From NCBI GenBank assembly GCA_050013255.1, contig JBEKFP010000001.1, forward strand, positions 1,280,001 through 1,344,000: a stretch of DNA of 64,000 bases, given 5' to 3'. The notes below the pieces were generated by a model that saw only the letters and a program-made list of their open reading frames with translations, did not search any database and was not told where the DNA came from. The first letter of the stretch is position 1; every line of letters begins with the position of its first letter. Shown here piece by piece: positions 56,490-64,000 of the stretch. Source of the DNA: Candidatus Bathyarchaeia archaeon (lineage in GTDB: Archaea > Thermoproteota > Bathyarchaeia > 40CM-2-53-6). Position numbers and translations under genes: made by a program.

Positions 56490-57611
56490 ATGAAGACTTC
56501 GAAGTCTCGTAACTCTCGTAACCTTAATGTCAAACCATCTAGACCTGGTGTGAACTTCAAGTTACGCAAATTACATGCCCCTGCGTCCAAGAAAAATTAC
56601 GCCGTCAGGCTTGAAGAGTATTACAACAAGAAGTTCGGGCAGGTAGTAACACCCGTCGCAATTCTGAAAACCCTCGCTGTAATCAGCTCCACCTTCAAGG
56701 GTAACGTTAAACTCTGGATTTTGAACGTCGCTCCCTCCCGGCATCTGAAAACCCAGACCACCCAAGAACAGGCTCAAATCTTTCCGAAGGGCAAGGTCGT
56801 TTACCTCGGATCAGACTTCACGATTCACGGACTCATACGAGACTATGATTCAGGACGCGAGATCAACAACAAGTGCCTTCTCATAAATGACATGACCCTG
56901 TTGCTCGCGAGTAAAGCAAAGCAGACGAAAGCTAGGTTGATCGATGCTTTATCGGAGCTTGCGAGTGAAGGAAAATACATCTATTCAGATTTCCAACACA
57001 CCTATGAAGTCAAGGCCCGCTTTGGTTTCATCGCGAACATTACTCCTCACTCGTTTCTGGTGAACCGGAACAACATGCTCGGCAACACCTTCACTGAACG
57101 CTGCCTAGTAGTGTACCATTGGTTAACAGATGCAGAGATGAGTGAAGGAAATCTTTCGCGGGCAAACCGGACGAGCATGCGAATAGAACGGTTCAAGCAG
57201 ACGATTACGGAAGCTGAGGTCAAAGTGACAGATGAGGACCTAGTGCGATTCGACGAGTACGCAAAGCGATGGCGAATCTTGGGCAGTTACTCAAGTTCAA
57301 GCAGCCTCTTCGACATGATTAAGTCGATGGCAACTGCGCATGCCATTCTAAGCGGTCGCAAGAAAATCACTCACAGCGTGTACAGATTCCTCGATATGAT
57401 TGAGCCTTACTTGAGGAACCCGAGCGAGAATGTGAAGTTGAAGATTCTTGAGCTTGCGCATCAGGGAAGGTCCATTCGCGATATTTGTAATATCCTTGAC
57501 AAGAAGTACGAGAAGTACCGCCCATTCGTTTCAAAGGTAATCTGGCAGTACCGCAAGAGAGGCGTGTTGTCCCCAAACACCTTCGAGAAAAAGGAACTTT
57601 TCGATAGATAG
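56490..57611 (+). CDS. AAA+/MCM-like helicase with C-terminal HTH (putative)
   Basis: Divergent Walker A APSRHLKT, Walker B LLIND, FIANIT, ER finger; RSIRDIC HTH. Confidence 0.6.
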   Translation: MKTSKSRNSRNLNVKPSRPGVNFKLRKLHAPASKKNYAVRLEEYYNKKFGQVVTPVAILKTLAVISSTFKGNVKLWILNVAPSRHLKTQTTQEQAQIFPKGKVVYLGSDFTIHGLIRDYDSGREINNKCLLINDMTLLLASKAKQTKARLIDALSELASEGKYIYSDFQHTYEVKARFGFIANITPHSFLVNRNNMLGNTFTERCLVVYHWLTDAEMSEGNLSRANRTSMRIERFKQTITEAEVKVTDEDLVRFDEYAKRWRILGSYSSSSSLFDMIKSMATAHAILSGRKKITHSVYRFLDMIEPYLRNPSENVKLKILELAHQGRSIRDICNILDKKYEKYRPFVSKVIWQYRKRGVLSPNTFEKKELFDR

Positions 57612-57781
57612 AAAGGCGATAAGGAACTGAACGAAAATGTAGATTGAAAGTACCGTTGCGCGATATCCAACCAAATTCTGCGTAGTTACCCAATTTTCGC
57701 GCAATGAAATTTAATGTATCATTAATAGGACATAAACTTAAAGCGTGCTTTAGCATAACGTATAAGGAGAATTAAACCGAT

Positions 57782-58825
57782 ATGCGATATGTTCTAGACG
57801 TTCCAACAACGCTCGCCGATGAAATCAACAGACTGGTCGCGGCTGGCAAATACAAGACTCCACAAGACTTCATGCTACTTGGCATTCAAAATCAAGTGTA
57901 TCTCGAAACACAGTCAATCGAGTCGGAATCCGTTTCCGCCCAATCTCTAAGAGTGCACCCAAAACCGATCATGGGACCAGTTGATGCTGATGAATTTCTG
58001 TCCATGAACATCGATGGTGTGAAAACTGTTGAACTTAGCGAGCTGAAAAGGCAAGACGTTCTTTGGGGTCAGTACAACAGATTCTTGCCTGTCAAGATCG
58101 TAGTAAGAGTCGCGGCAAACCTTCTCAGAAGAAATGCGTCAGAGTATGTGTTGCTCTCCGATGTTCATGAAATAGCTGCGGCGACGGCTCGTCGCCTTGG
58201 CAAAGAAACTGCTAGAAATGATAAGCTGCTCGGACACAAAAGGGGCACAATAATATCCGCAGGATTGCCAATGGGCAAGGAGGACAAGTCGGCATCTCGA
58301 TTCAAGTATCAATTCGTTGGCTATGCTACTGCAGATAAGATGGAAGGTGCCGCACCTGTCCTGAAGTTTGTCGATATCACAAAGAAGGAGGGCACGGTTC
58401 TTCTAGGAATCACGGATTACGGGTTGAAGTTTGCTTCGTTTAGCAATCCTGTCATCGACAACCATGACTTCTCCTCTCCTATGTCTGAAGAGGAAGTGAA
58501 TTTTCTCCTCAATCACATTGCTCTCCAGGTCCCGGGCGAAGCAAGGCTCATCCACTTCATTCTTGATAGCGTGAACAAAGGACGCAAGACTCCTGAAGCA
58601 TTGAACGATAATATTAGGGCTGAATACGGGACGGTCTGGAAGGGCAAGAATGAACAAGCAACGATGCGATCTGGTGCAGTGAGCCGAATGAGTGAACTTG
58701 GTCTTCTCAAACGCGAGAAGGACGGAGTCAAGGTCACATATCTATTGACAGAGCGTGGGCGACAGTATCTGAATCGTCTTAAGGAGACCGGAGCTCCGAA
58801 GGTGGAGATCAAGCAATGGCCGTAA
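57782..58825 (+). CDS. Hypothetical protein with RHH-like N-terminus and wHTH C-terminus
   Basis: EINRLVAAGKYKT; SRMSELGLL...YLLTERG. Confidence 0.7.
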   Translation: MRYVLDVPTTLADEINRLVAAGKYKTPQDFMLLGIQNQVYLETQSIESESVSAQSLRVHPKPIMGPVDADEFLSMNIDGVKTVELSELKRQDVLWGQYNRFLPVKIVVRVAANLLRRNASEYVLLSDVHEIAAATARRLGKETARNDKLLGHKRGTIISAGLPMGKEDKSASRFKYQFVGYATADKMEGAAPVLKFVDITKKEGTVLLGITDYGLKFASFSNPVIDNHDFSSPMSEEEVNFLLNHIALQVPGEARLIHFILDSVNKGRKTPEALNDNIRAEYGTVWKGKNEQATMRSGAVSRMSELGLLKREKDGVKVTYLLTERGRQYLNRLKETGAPKVEIKQWP

Positions 58826-59928
58826 GCCTGACTGCTTGTTCTTGCTCGTCCTCCTTTGACCTGATGATTTGTGCAAAGTGTGGAGGAACGCTATCAACCA
58901 ACACAATGCTTTCGAGACTTGACGATGGAACGCTACAATGGTTTTCTGAACTCGATTCAGACGGGCGACTTTCCTTTGCGCTTGCGAATTATGCGTCAAT
59001 CGATCGGCAAATCCGTCGAGGAATCCCAGCGACTACCATGCTTCAGACTCTGAAGGATACTATTTCCGGGCCAGGTGGCTTAACGGAAGAGATCGAAAAC
59101 AAGATCACCAAGAGATTCGAGGAGCTGCGTTGCGAGAACGAGAACTCCACAAAGCTTCTCAGGGAAATAGTAGTGGAGCAAGTGGGCGCAATCGTTGGAG
59201 AAATCAAGGGGTTAGTCGAACAGGGCAAATCCATTACAGACATCGAATCAAGGGTCAGGGAGGCGACGGGAGCTCTTCAGACGTATCTGACAGCTATTCG
59301 CATTCCTGCGCTTAAGGGGGAGGAGGGAGAGGTAAATGCGATTCGAGACCTTCAAGAGGCATTCATCGGACAGACATGTTTCAAGGTGGAGCCGATCGGT
59401 GGAGCTGATGCAACTGATGCAATCATCCACTTTCACCAAGCAGGAATCGAAATCGGCAGCTGCCTCGTGGAAGTGAAGTCCAGAAATAGTTGGAGCAATG
59501 ATTTTGTCGAGCAAGTCAGAGCCGATATGAAACGTTACGACGTTGCGCTGGCGATACTCGCTACCAACAAACTCCCAAAGTCCGCGAAAGGTAGAGGTTT
59601 TCGAGTCGACGGTGATTTCGGCCTGGTGGTTATCGCAAGCTCCGAGATGATCGTCCCAACCGTGAGCATGTATTACGAGATCTCTCTATCTACTCACAAT
59701 ATCCACAAGCACAACCTCGATCTAAAGTCAATAGCCGCCAATCGAGACCTGAGCTTCTATCTTAATGACAACATGAAGATACTCGCGATCTGCAAGCAAA
59801 TCTCCGATGCAACAGATGACTCAGCCCGCATAATCAAAGGGCATTTAGTGGACATCAGTTCGAGGCTACGAGAAAACAACGGTAAGATCGCATGCATACT
59901 GTCGGCCTCTACACGGGAGAGTCACTGA
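58816..59928 (+). CDS. Coiled-coil plus PD-(D/E)xK nuclease (DUF2130-like)
   Basis: KGEEGE...TDAII...VEVKS. Confidence 0.7.
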   Translation: MAVSLTACSCSSSFDLMICAKCGGTLSTNTMLSRLDDGTLQWFSELDSDGRLSFALANYASIDRQIRRGIPATTMLQTLKDTISGPGGLTEEIENKITKRFEELRCENENSTKLLREIVVEQVGAIVGEIKGLVEQGKSITDIESRVREATGALQTYLTAIRIPALKGEEGEVNAIRDLQEAFIGQTCFKVEPIGGADATDAIIHFHQAGIEIGSCLVEVKSRNSWSNDFVEQVRADMKRYDVALAILATNKLPKSAKGRGFRVDGDFGLVVIASSEMIVPTVSMYYEISLSTHNIHKHNLDLKSIAANRDLSFYLNDNMKILAICKQISDATDDSARIIKGHLVDISSRLRENNGKIACILSASTRESH

Positions 59929-59932
59929 TCAA

Positions 59933-60304
59933 ATGAATCGGAAAACAACAGTAACAGGCAACGTTCCTAATGGTAACCCCTTTGAAAAGGGCCGTAGATT
60001 CGAATACAGGACAAGAAGTCACCTTTCGCGCCTCGGATGGTTTGTTATCAGGCAACCTCGCTCTGCATCACCCGATCTACTCGCTTTGAGAAAGGGCATT
60101 ATCTTGTTAGTCGAATGCAAAATCCGCGGATACATACCTCCGAAACAGCGCCGACGCATGATGCGATTGACGAAGAGCAACCCCGGCGCTAAAGCAGTGC
60201 TCGCAATGAAAAGCGAAAACGGACTTCTTTTTCGGGAATTATCACGTCGGTCATCAAGATATGATAAGCCGTTTGACCCCGATCCGGGGAAAACGTTAGC
60301 GTAA
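59933..60304 (+). CDS. Hjc-like Holliday junction resolvase/nuclease
   Basis: KGRRFE...PDLLA...VECK. Confidence 0.8.
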   Translation: MNRKTTVTGNVPNGNPFEKGRRFEYRTRSHLSRLGWFVIRQPRSASPDLLALRKGIILLVECKIRGYIPPKQRRRMMRLTKSNPGAKAVLAMKSENGLLFRELSRRSSRYDKPFDPDPGKTLA

Positions 60305-60321
60305 CTAGATGTGAAAAGGAA

Positions 60322-60999
60322 TTGGGACAGGCACCACCAGAAAGATCCGTGGCTAAGGAAGCTGCGCTTCGAAAAGTCTGTAAGCCTTTCGGATGGGAGA
60401 AGTACCAAAATATCGATTTAAACAGGTTAGCAGCTTACGCAATTCATATGCTCGCACGCAAAAGCGTCCTTGTGACTTTCGAGAATGTTGTTGTCGCGCT
60501 CTTTATCATGTTCCCTAGGAAATTCTGTTTGCCAGTCTACGAACACTACCCAGACTCAAGTCGGGTAAACCGAGCTCTTCTGCAATTGCGTCCCAAGTAT
60601 CGAAATTGGGCAACCGGGTCCCCGGTGAGGGGATTCAAGCTCACATCAACTGGAATTGCTATAGCTGAGGATACAGCGAAAGCTCTAACGAATCCTGCTC
60701 CCTTATCTAAGGAACCTCCCCGCATGATAAAGCCCCGAACGTTCTCTCCACAACTTGAGATTGAAAATCGGGTGCTTAATCGTGAAATCTTTTCTAAGTA
60801 CGACAAGAATCAAGTAGACCAAATAGATGGTATGGAAGTTCTCGAGCTCCTTCGAGCGGTGCCTCACACACCTCCCAACATACTGAGAGGTCATCTCCGT
60901 GAACTTGAGAACATAGCCAAGGAAGCGCACAGCACAACAGCACTGGAGTTTCTCAGGTTCTTGCGACACCAATTCTCGTCTCTATTCGAGGAGAGTTGA
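60322..60999 (+). CDS. Hypothetical protein upstream of the GHKL ATPase
   Basis: wHTH-like FKLTSTG; 3 nt from the next gene. Confidence 0.7.
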   Translation: MGQAPPERSVAKEAALRKVCKPFGWEKYQNIDLNRLAAYAIHMLARKSVLVTFENVVVALFIMFPRKFCLPVYEHYPDSSRVNRALLQLRPKYRNWATGSPVRGFKLTSTGIAIAEDTAKALTNPAPLSKEPPRMIKPRTFSPQLEIENRVLNREIFSKYDKNQVDQIDGMEVLELLRAVPHTPPNILRGHLRELENIAKEAHSTTALEFLRFLRHQFSSLFEES

Positions 61000-61002
61000 A
61001 AG

Positions 61003-63255
61003 ATGGTAGAAATTGAAGTTAAGGACAGTGCAAGATTCATTCGGAGGCACATGAACAAGGCTCTACGACGCAGCTATCTGAAGGCACTCACTGAACCCAT
61101 CACAAATAGTGACGACAGTTATGGAAGGATCGAGAAGTCATCCCCATCTGATTTGTCACCCAAAATCATTCGAGTATATGCCTCCCCGAGAAAGAAGCAA
61201 TTCGATGTTCTAGATCTCGCTGAGGGGATTTCAAACGAAGAAATGATCAATCTATTCAGAGAATACGGTGAAGAAAAAAGAACCCACGAAATGGGAGGAC
61301 GAGGTATCTTCGGACAAGGATTGTCTGATGTACTATTTAGTAGAGAAGAGGGGGGATGGGTTCACTCAGTTAAAGATGAAGTCTATTCGGTAGCTCAGTT
61401 CAAATGGAAGAAAAAGAAAGAGAACGGAGTTTTGAAAGAACGTCGCATAATAAGAGTGCCCGGGGCAACTCGCGCGGACAGAGGAGCTAGAGAGCGTTTG
61501 AGACTACCAGAGCATAGTGGTACAGTCGTGTCATTCAAGTTCACTGAGGCTCCCTTCCCAGCTAAGGAAATACTCATTCAACGCCTATCGCAGTTTCACA
61601 TGCTTCGACTGATAAACTCGAACTCGCGTCGCAAAATCATCGTGCATTATGCTGATGAAAATGAAGAGGAAGAGCATGAGATTCGATATGAGTTTCCGCA
61701 GGGGAAGCTCATCGGGAATCTTGCAACAACCATGAAATACGATGGCGTTGACATCTCAATTGGAGGGGAGCTGTATAGATCCGACGAGCCTCTCCTTCAA
61801 AGAGAAGCGGGTGAGGATAGGCAGGGAGGGTTACTTGTCTTTGATGAAGAAGCTAGCGTTCTCGACTTGACACTCTTTGGCTATGATGAAGACCCTTTGG
61901 CGGTGCGGTTCTGGGGAAGATTGAGCCTAAAGGGCGCCCGAACCCTAGTCAGAAAGAAACTCCAAGAGCAGGACGAAATCCTTACTGAGACTCGAGATGG
62001 CTTTGTTAAGACTCACGGATTCTACGCCAAGCTAAAGCCCATCGTAGATGAGTGGTTGAAACCCTTTATCGAAGCAGAGAGAGCGAGAATCAGTCAGCAA
62101 GAATCTGCCCTCACCGAGAAGACGCACCAGGAGCATCGCAAAGCGTTCCAGATGCTTAGCGAACTGAATAGAGAGATCAACCAAGATGTTACCATCTTGT
62201 CACCTGGCACAGGAGAGGGTGGCACTGAGGAGAAACCAAAAAACGGTATAGAATTCGCCAATGAAAATTTGACGCTGCGGAAAGGCGTGAGGTATTCTGT
62301 CCAACTTCGTGTTGATGCTCGTGTGATATCTCCTGGAACGATCATCAAAATAACATCTCAAAATCCGAGCCTAAAAGTCAAACCTCGTAAACATATCGTG
62401 ACTCCACTTGCTGCTTTGCCCGATGACGAAATTGACAGAAAACGCATCATACTCTCTTGCGACTCCGTTGGAGTCAATACAAAGGTCCAGGCCAAGGCAA
62501 AGAGCCATCGAGCGGAACTAACTGCCCTCGTGGTGGAAATACCACGTTCGGAGGAGTTACCTAAGATAGTCACATTGGAACAACCCTTGGAGTTTCGACC
62601 GAGCTCGGCTCGCAGAAAGCCAGGTGCGTCCGGAACACTGCATCTGTTCATTGATAGAGAGCGGATTCCCAAAGCATCTTCAGTTCTGTTCAGTTGCAGC
62701 AATGACCGGATCAGGTTGCAATCAACAACGGTCTCCGTTTCTGCAGGAAGTGTGATCTCTGATAAAGTATCAAGAATCGATATGAACTTCGTCGGTTACA
62801 GCGAGGGGCAGACTGGCGTTGTTAAAGCGGCATGCGGTGAATGCTTTGCTGAAGCAACTGTGAAGATTACCTCGGCAGAAGGATTTGGTGATCTGTTCGT
62901 CGATTGGGATTATAGAGAAATTCACGCTGTCTTCCAAGCATATTTCGAGAAAGAGACTGGACTTGTGATTCTTAACTCAACACATCCGGTCAACAAACAG
63001 TATTTCGGAACGGATAAACCACAGGCTCATCTTGCAGTGGAAAATCAGCCACATTGTCAAATGCTCCTAGCTACCTTGATCCTCGATGTGTGTCTATGGT
63101 ACATCTACAGCGAAGCTTACAAGAACAACAGACTCGAACTTACAGACTGGTGGGAAATACAAAGATACATCGAAGAGGGAAAGCACAGGCTTGGAAAGGA
63201 ATTCATGTCTAGGTTTCTGAAACAGCCAGTTTTTGCGCAGGCTCACGAAGCCTAA
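61003..63255 (+). CDS. GHKL (MORC/Hsp90-like) ATPase with beta-rich C-terminal domains
   Basis: Bergerat motifs EPITNSDD, DLAEG, GRGIFGQG, GT. Confidence 0.8.
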   Translation: MVEIEVKDSARFIRRHMNKALRRSYLKALTEPITNSDDSYGRIEKSSPSDLSPKIIRVYASPRKKQFDVLDLAEGISNEEMINLFREYGEEKRTHEMGGRGIFGQGLSDVLFSREEGGWVHSVKDEVYSVAQFKWKKKKENGVLKERRIIRVPGATRADRGARERLRLPEHSGTVVSFKFTEAPFPAKEILIQRLSQFHMLRLINSNSRRKIIVHYADENEEEEHEIRYEFPQGKLIGNLATTMKYDGVDISIGGELYRSDEPLLQREAGEDRQGGLLVFDEEASVLDLTLFGYDEDPLAVRFWGRLSLKGARTLVRKKLQEQDEILTETRDGFVKTHGFYAKLKPIVDEWLKPFIEAERARISQQESALTEKTHQEHRKAFQMLSELNREINQDVTILSPGTGEGGTEEKPKNGIEFANENLTLRKGVRYSVQLRVDARVISPGTIIKITSQNPSLKVKPRKHIVTPLAALPDDEIDRKRIILSCDSVGVNTKVQAKAKSHRAELTALVVEIPRSEELPKIVTLEQPLEFRPSSARRKPGASGTLHLFIDRERIPKASSVLFSCSNDRIRLQSTTVSVSAGSVISDKVSRIDMNFVGYSEGQTGVVKAACGECFAEATVKITSAEGFGDLFVDWDYREIHAVFQAYFEKETGLVILNSTHPVNKQYFGTDKPQAHLAVENQPHCQMLLATLILDVCLWYIYSEAYKNNRLELTDWWEIQRYIEEGKHRLGKEFMSRFLKQPVFAQAHEA

Positions 63256-64000
63256 TTGTCGAAACTATTACCGGGTAAGACAGTTTCTTCTCTCGCTGCA
63301 ACCAGTTTTGCTCTGAAAACATGTCAGTAACGGCTATCTTGCGATCGTAGGAGATGTTTCTCTTTGAGTAGATCCACATTGTACGACTTTCTCCCTTCAA
63401 GATTGATCTGAGTTCACGGAGTGTAACGACCTTCACCAGCGTTTCAATACCATATTTCGACAGGGGGGGTTTACTCAGTTGTTTTCTAGCTTTAGTCTCC
63501 ATCAACCTTCTGCTTCTTTTCGAGGATTCGCTCCCTACTATCAAGTGGATGTCCTCTGCAGTTATCTTGTAACCTGGTGCCTTTGGCGAGAGGGGGCGCT
63601 CAACAGCTACCGCGAATCTGGTATTCGACATCGCATATTTGCCCATTGATCTCACCAGCATACGCGGTAACTTGATCAACCTGAGTTTTCGTATGTTTGA
63701 TTCGAAATTCGCGGTTTCCTTTGCGTCTATTTGTCGGAGTTCAGATCTTACTTCTCGTCTAATTGTCTTGTAGAAATTTCTGACGTACTTCCTTTGGACC
63801 TCGAATCCAGTAGACATACGACCCATACACTCCGCAGTTGCAAGAACTATCCCGGAACCGGCAAATGGATCTAGAACGATGTCATCAGGATCCGTGGTAA
63901 GTAGCAGCATTCTGCGAACCAACTCTACGGGAAATGGACAGAGATGGTAATGATTCAGCTTATTGTGGCGCCAGGATCCTTGAACTGGAATGCCGATTTT
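63209..64000 (-). CDS. N4/N6 DNA methyltransferase (5' part beyond window)
   Basis: HLCPFPVELVRR, VLDPFAGSG; frame open to the window edge. Confidence 0.88.
   Translation of the reverse strand, partial: KIGIPVQGSWRHNKLNHYHLCPFPVELVRRMLLLTTDPDDIVLDPFAGSGIVLATAECMGRMSTGFEVQRKYVRNFYKTIRREVRSELRQIDAKETANFESNIRKLRLIKLPRMLVRSMGKYAMSNTRFAVAVERPLSPKAPGYKITAEDIHLIVGSESSKRSRRLMETKARKQLSKPPLSKYGIETLVKVVTLRELRSILKGESRTMWIYSKRNISYDRKIAVTDMFSEQNWLQREKKLSYPVIVSTIRLREPAQKLAVSET

Noticed and set aside
50296-57800. CRISPR array or CRISPR-Cas locus near cas1
   Set aside because: No regularly spaced 25-45 bp direct repeats and no cas2, cas4 or effector genes seen; the hairpin repeats are kilobases apart and one is inverted

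Overview
This 64-kb window is archaeal. Bathyarchaeia-like is inferred from frequent TTG/CTG starts, two KaiC/RAD55 paralogs, zinc-ribbon-tailed membrane proteins and a form III RuBisCO. It is a mosaic of six blocks. (1) 1-16.3 kb: metabolic genes, including mobAB and a Tat-exported molybdopterin oxidoreductase operon. (2) 16.4-26.7 kb: a decayed mobile island with a PIN toxin-antitoxin pair, a terminase pair lacking portal or capsid, and about 11 paralogous helix-plus-HTH micro-proteins interleaved with four different effector-type genes, ending at a tRNA 3' fragment. (3) 26.9-38 kb: an ABC exporter and an isochorismatase whose promoters are each duplicated around an insert; one insert carries AMP phosphorylase, R15P isomerase and RuBisCO. 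(4) A cytochrome bd CydAA'-type oxidase and a radical SAM gene. (5) 43.8-50.3 kb: gene units each separated by a (GT)n...GGTGCGC(AC)n hairpin repeat. (6) 51.6-64 kb: a Cas1-solo (casposase-like) element with a primase-like plus helicase module and no PolB in view, with AIPR, nuclease, GHKL ATPase and methyltransferase cargo; it runs off the right edge. No CRISPR array or rRNA was seen. The best candidates for an undescribed system are the HTH/effector array, the Cas1-solo element and the intergenic hairpin repeat family. All protein calls come from motif reading by eye; no database search was run.
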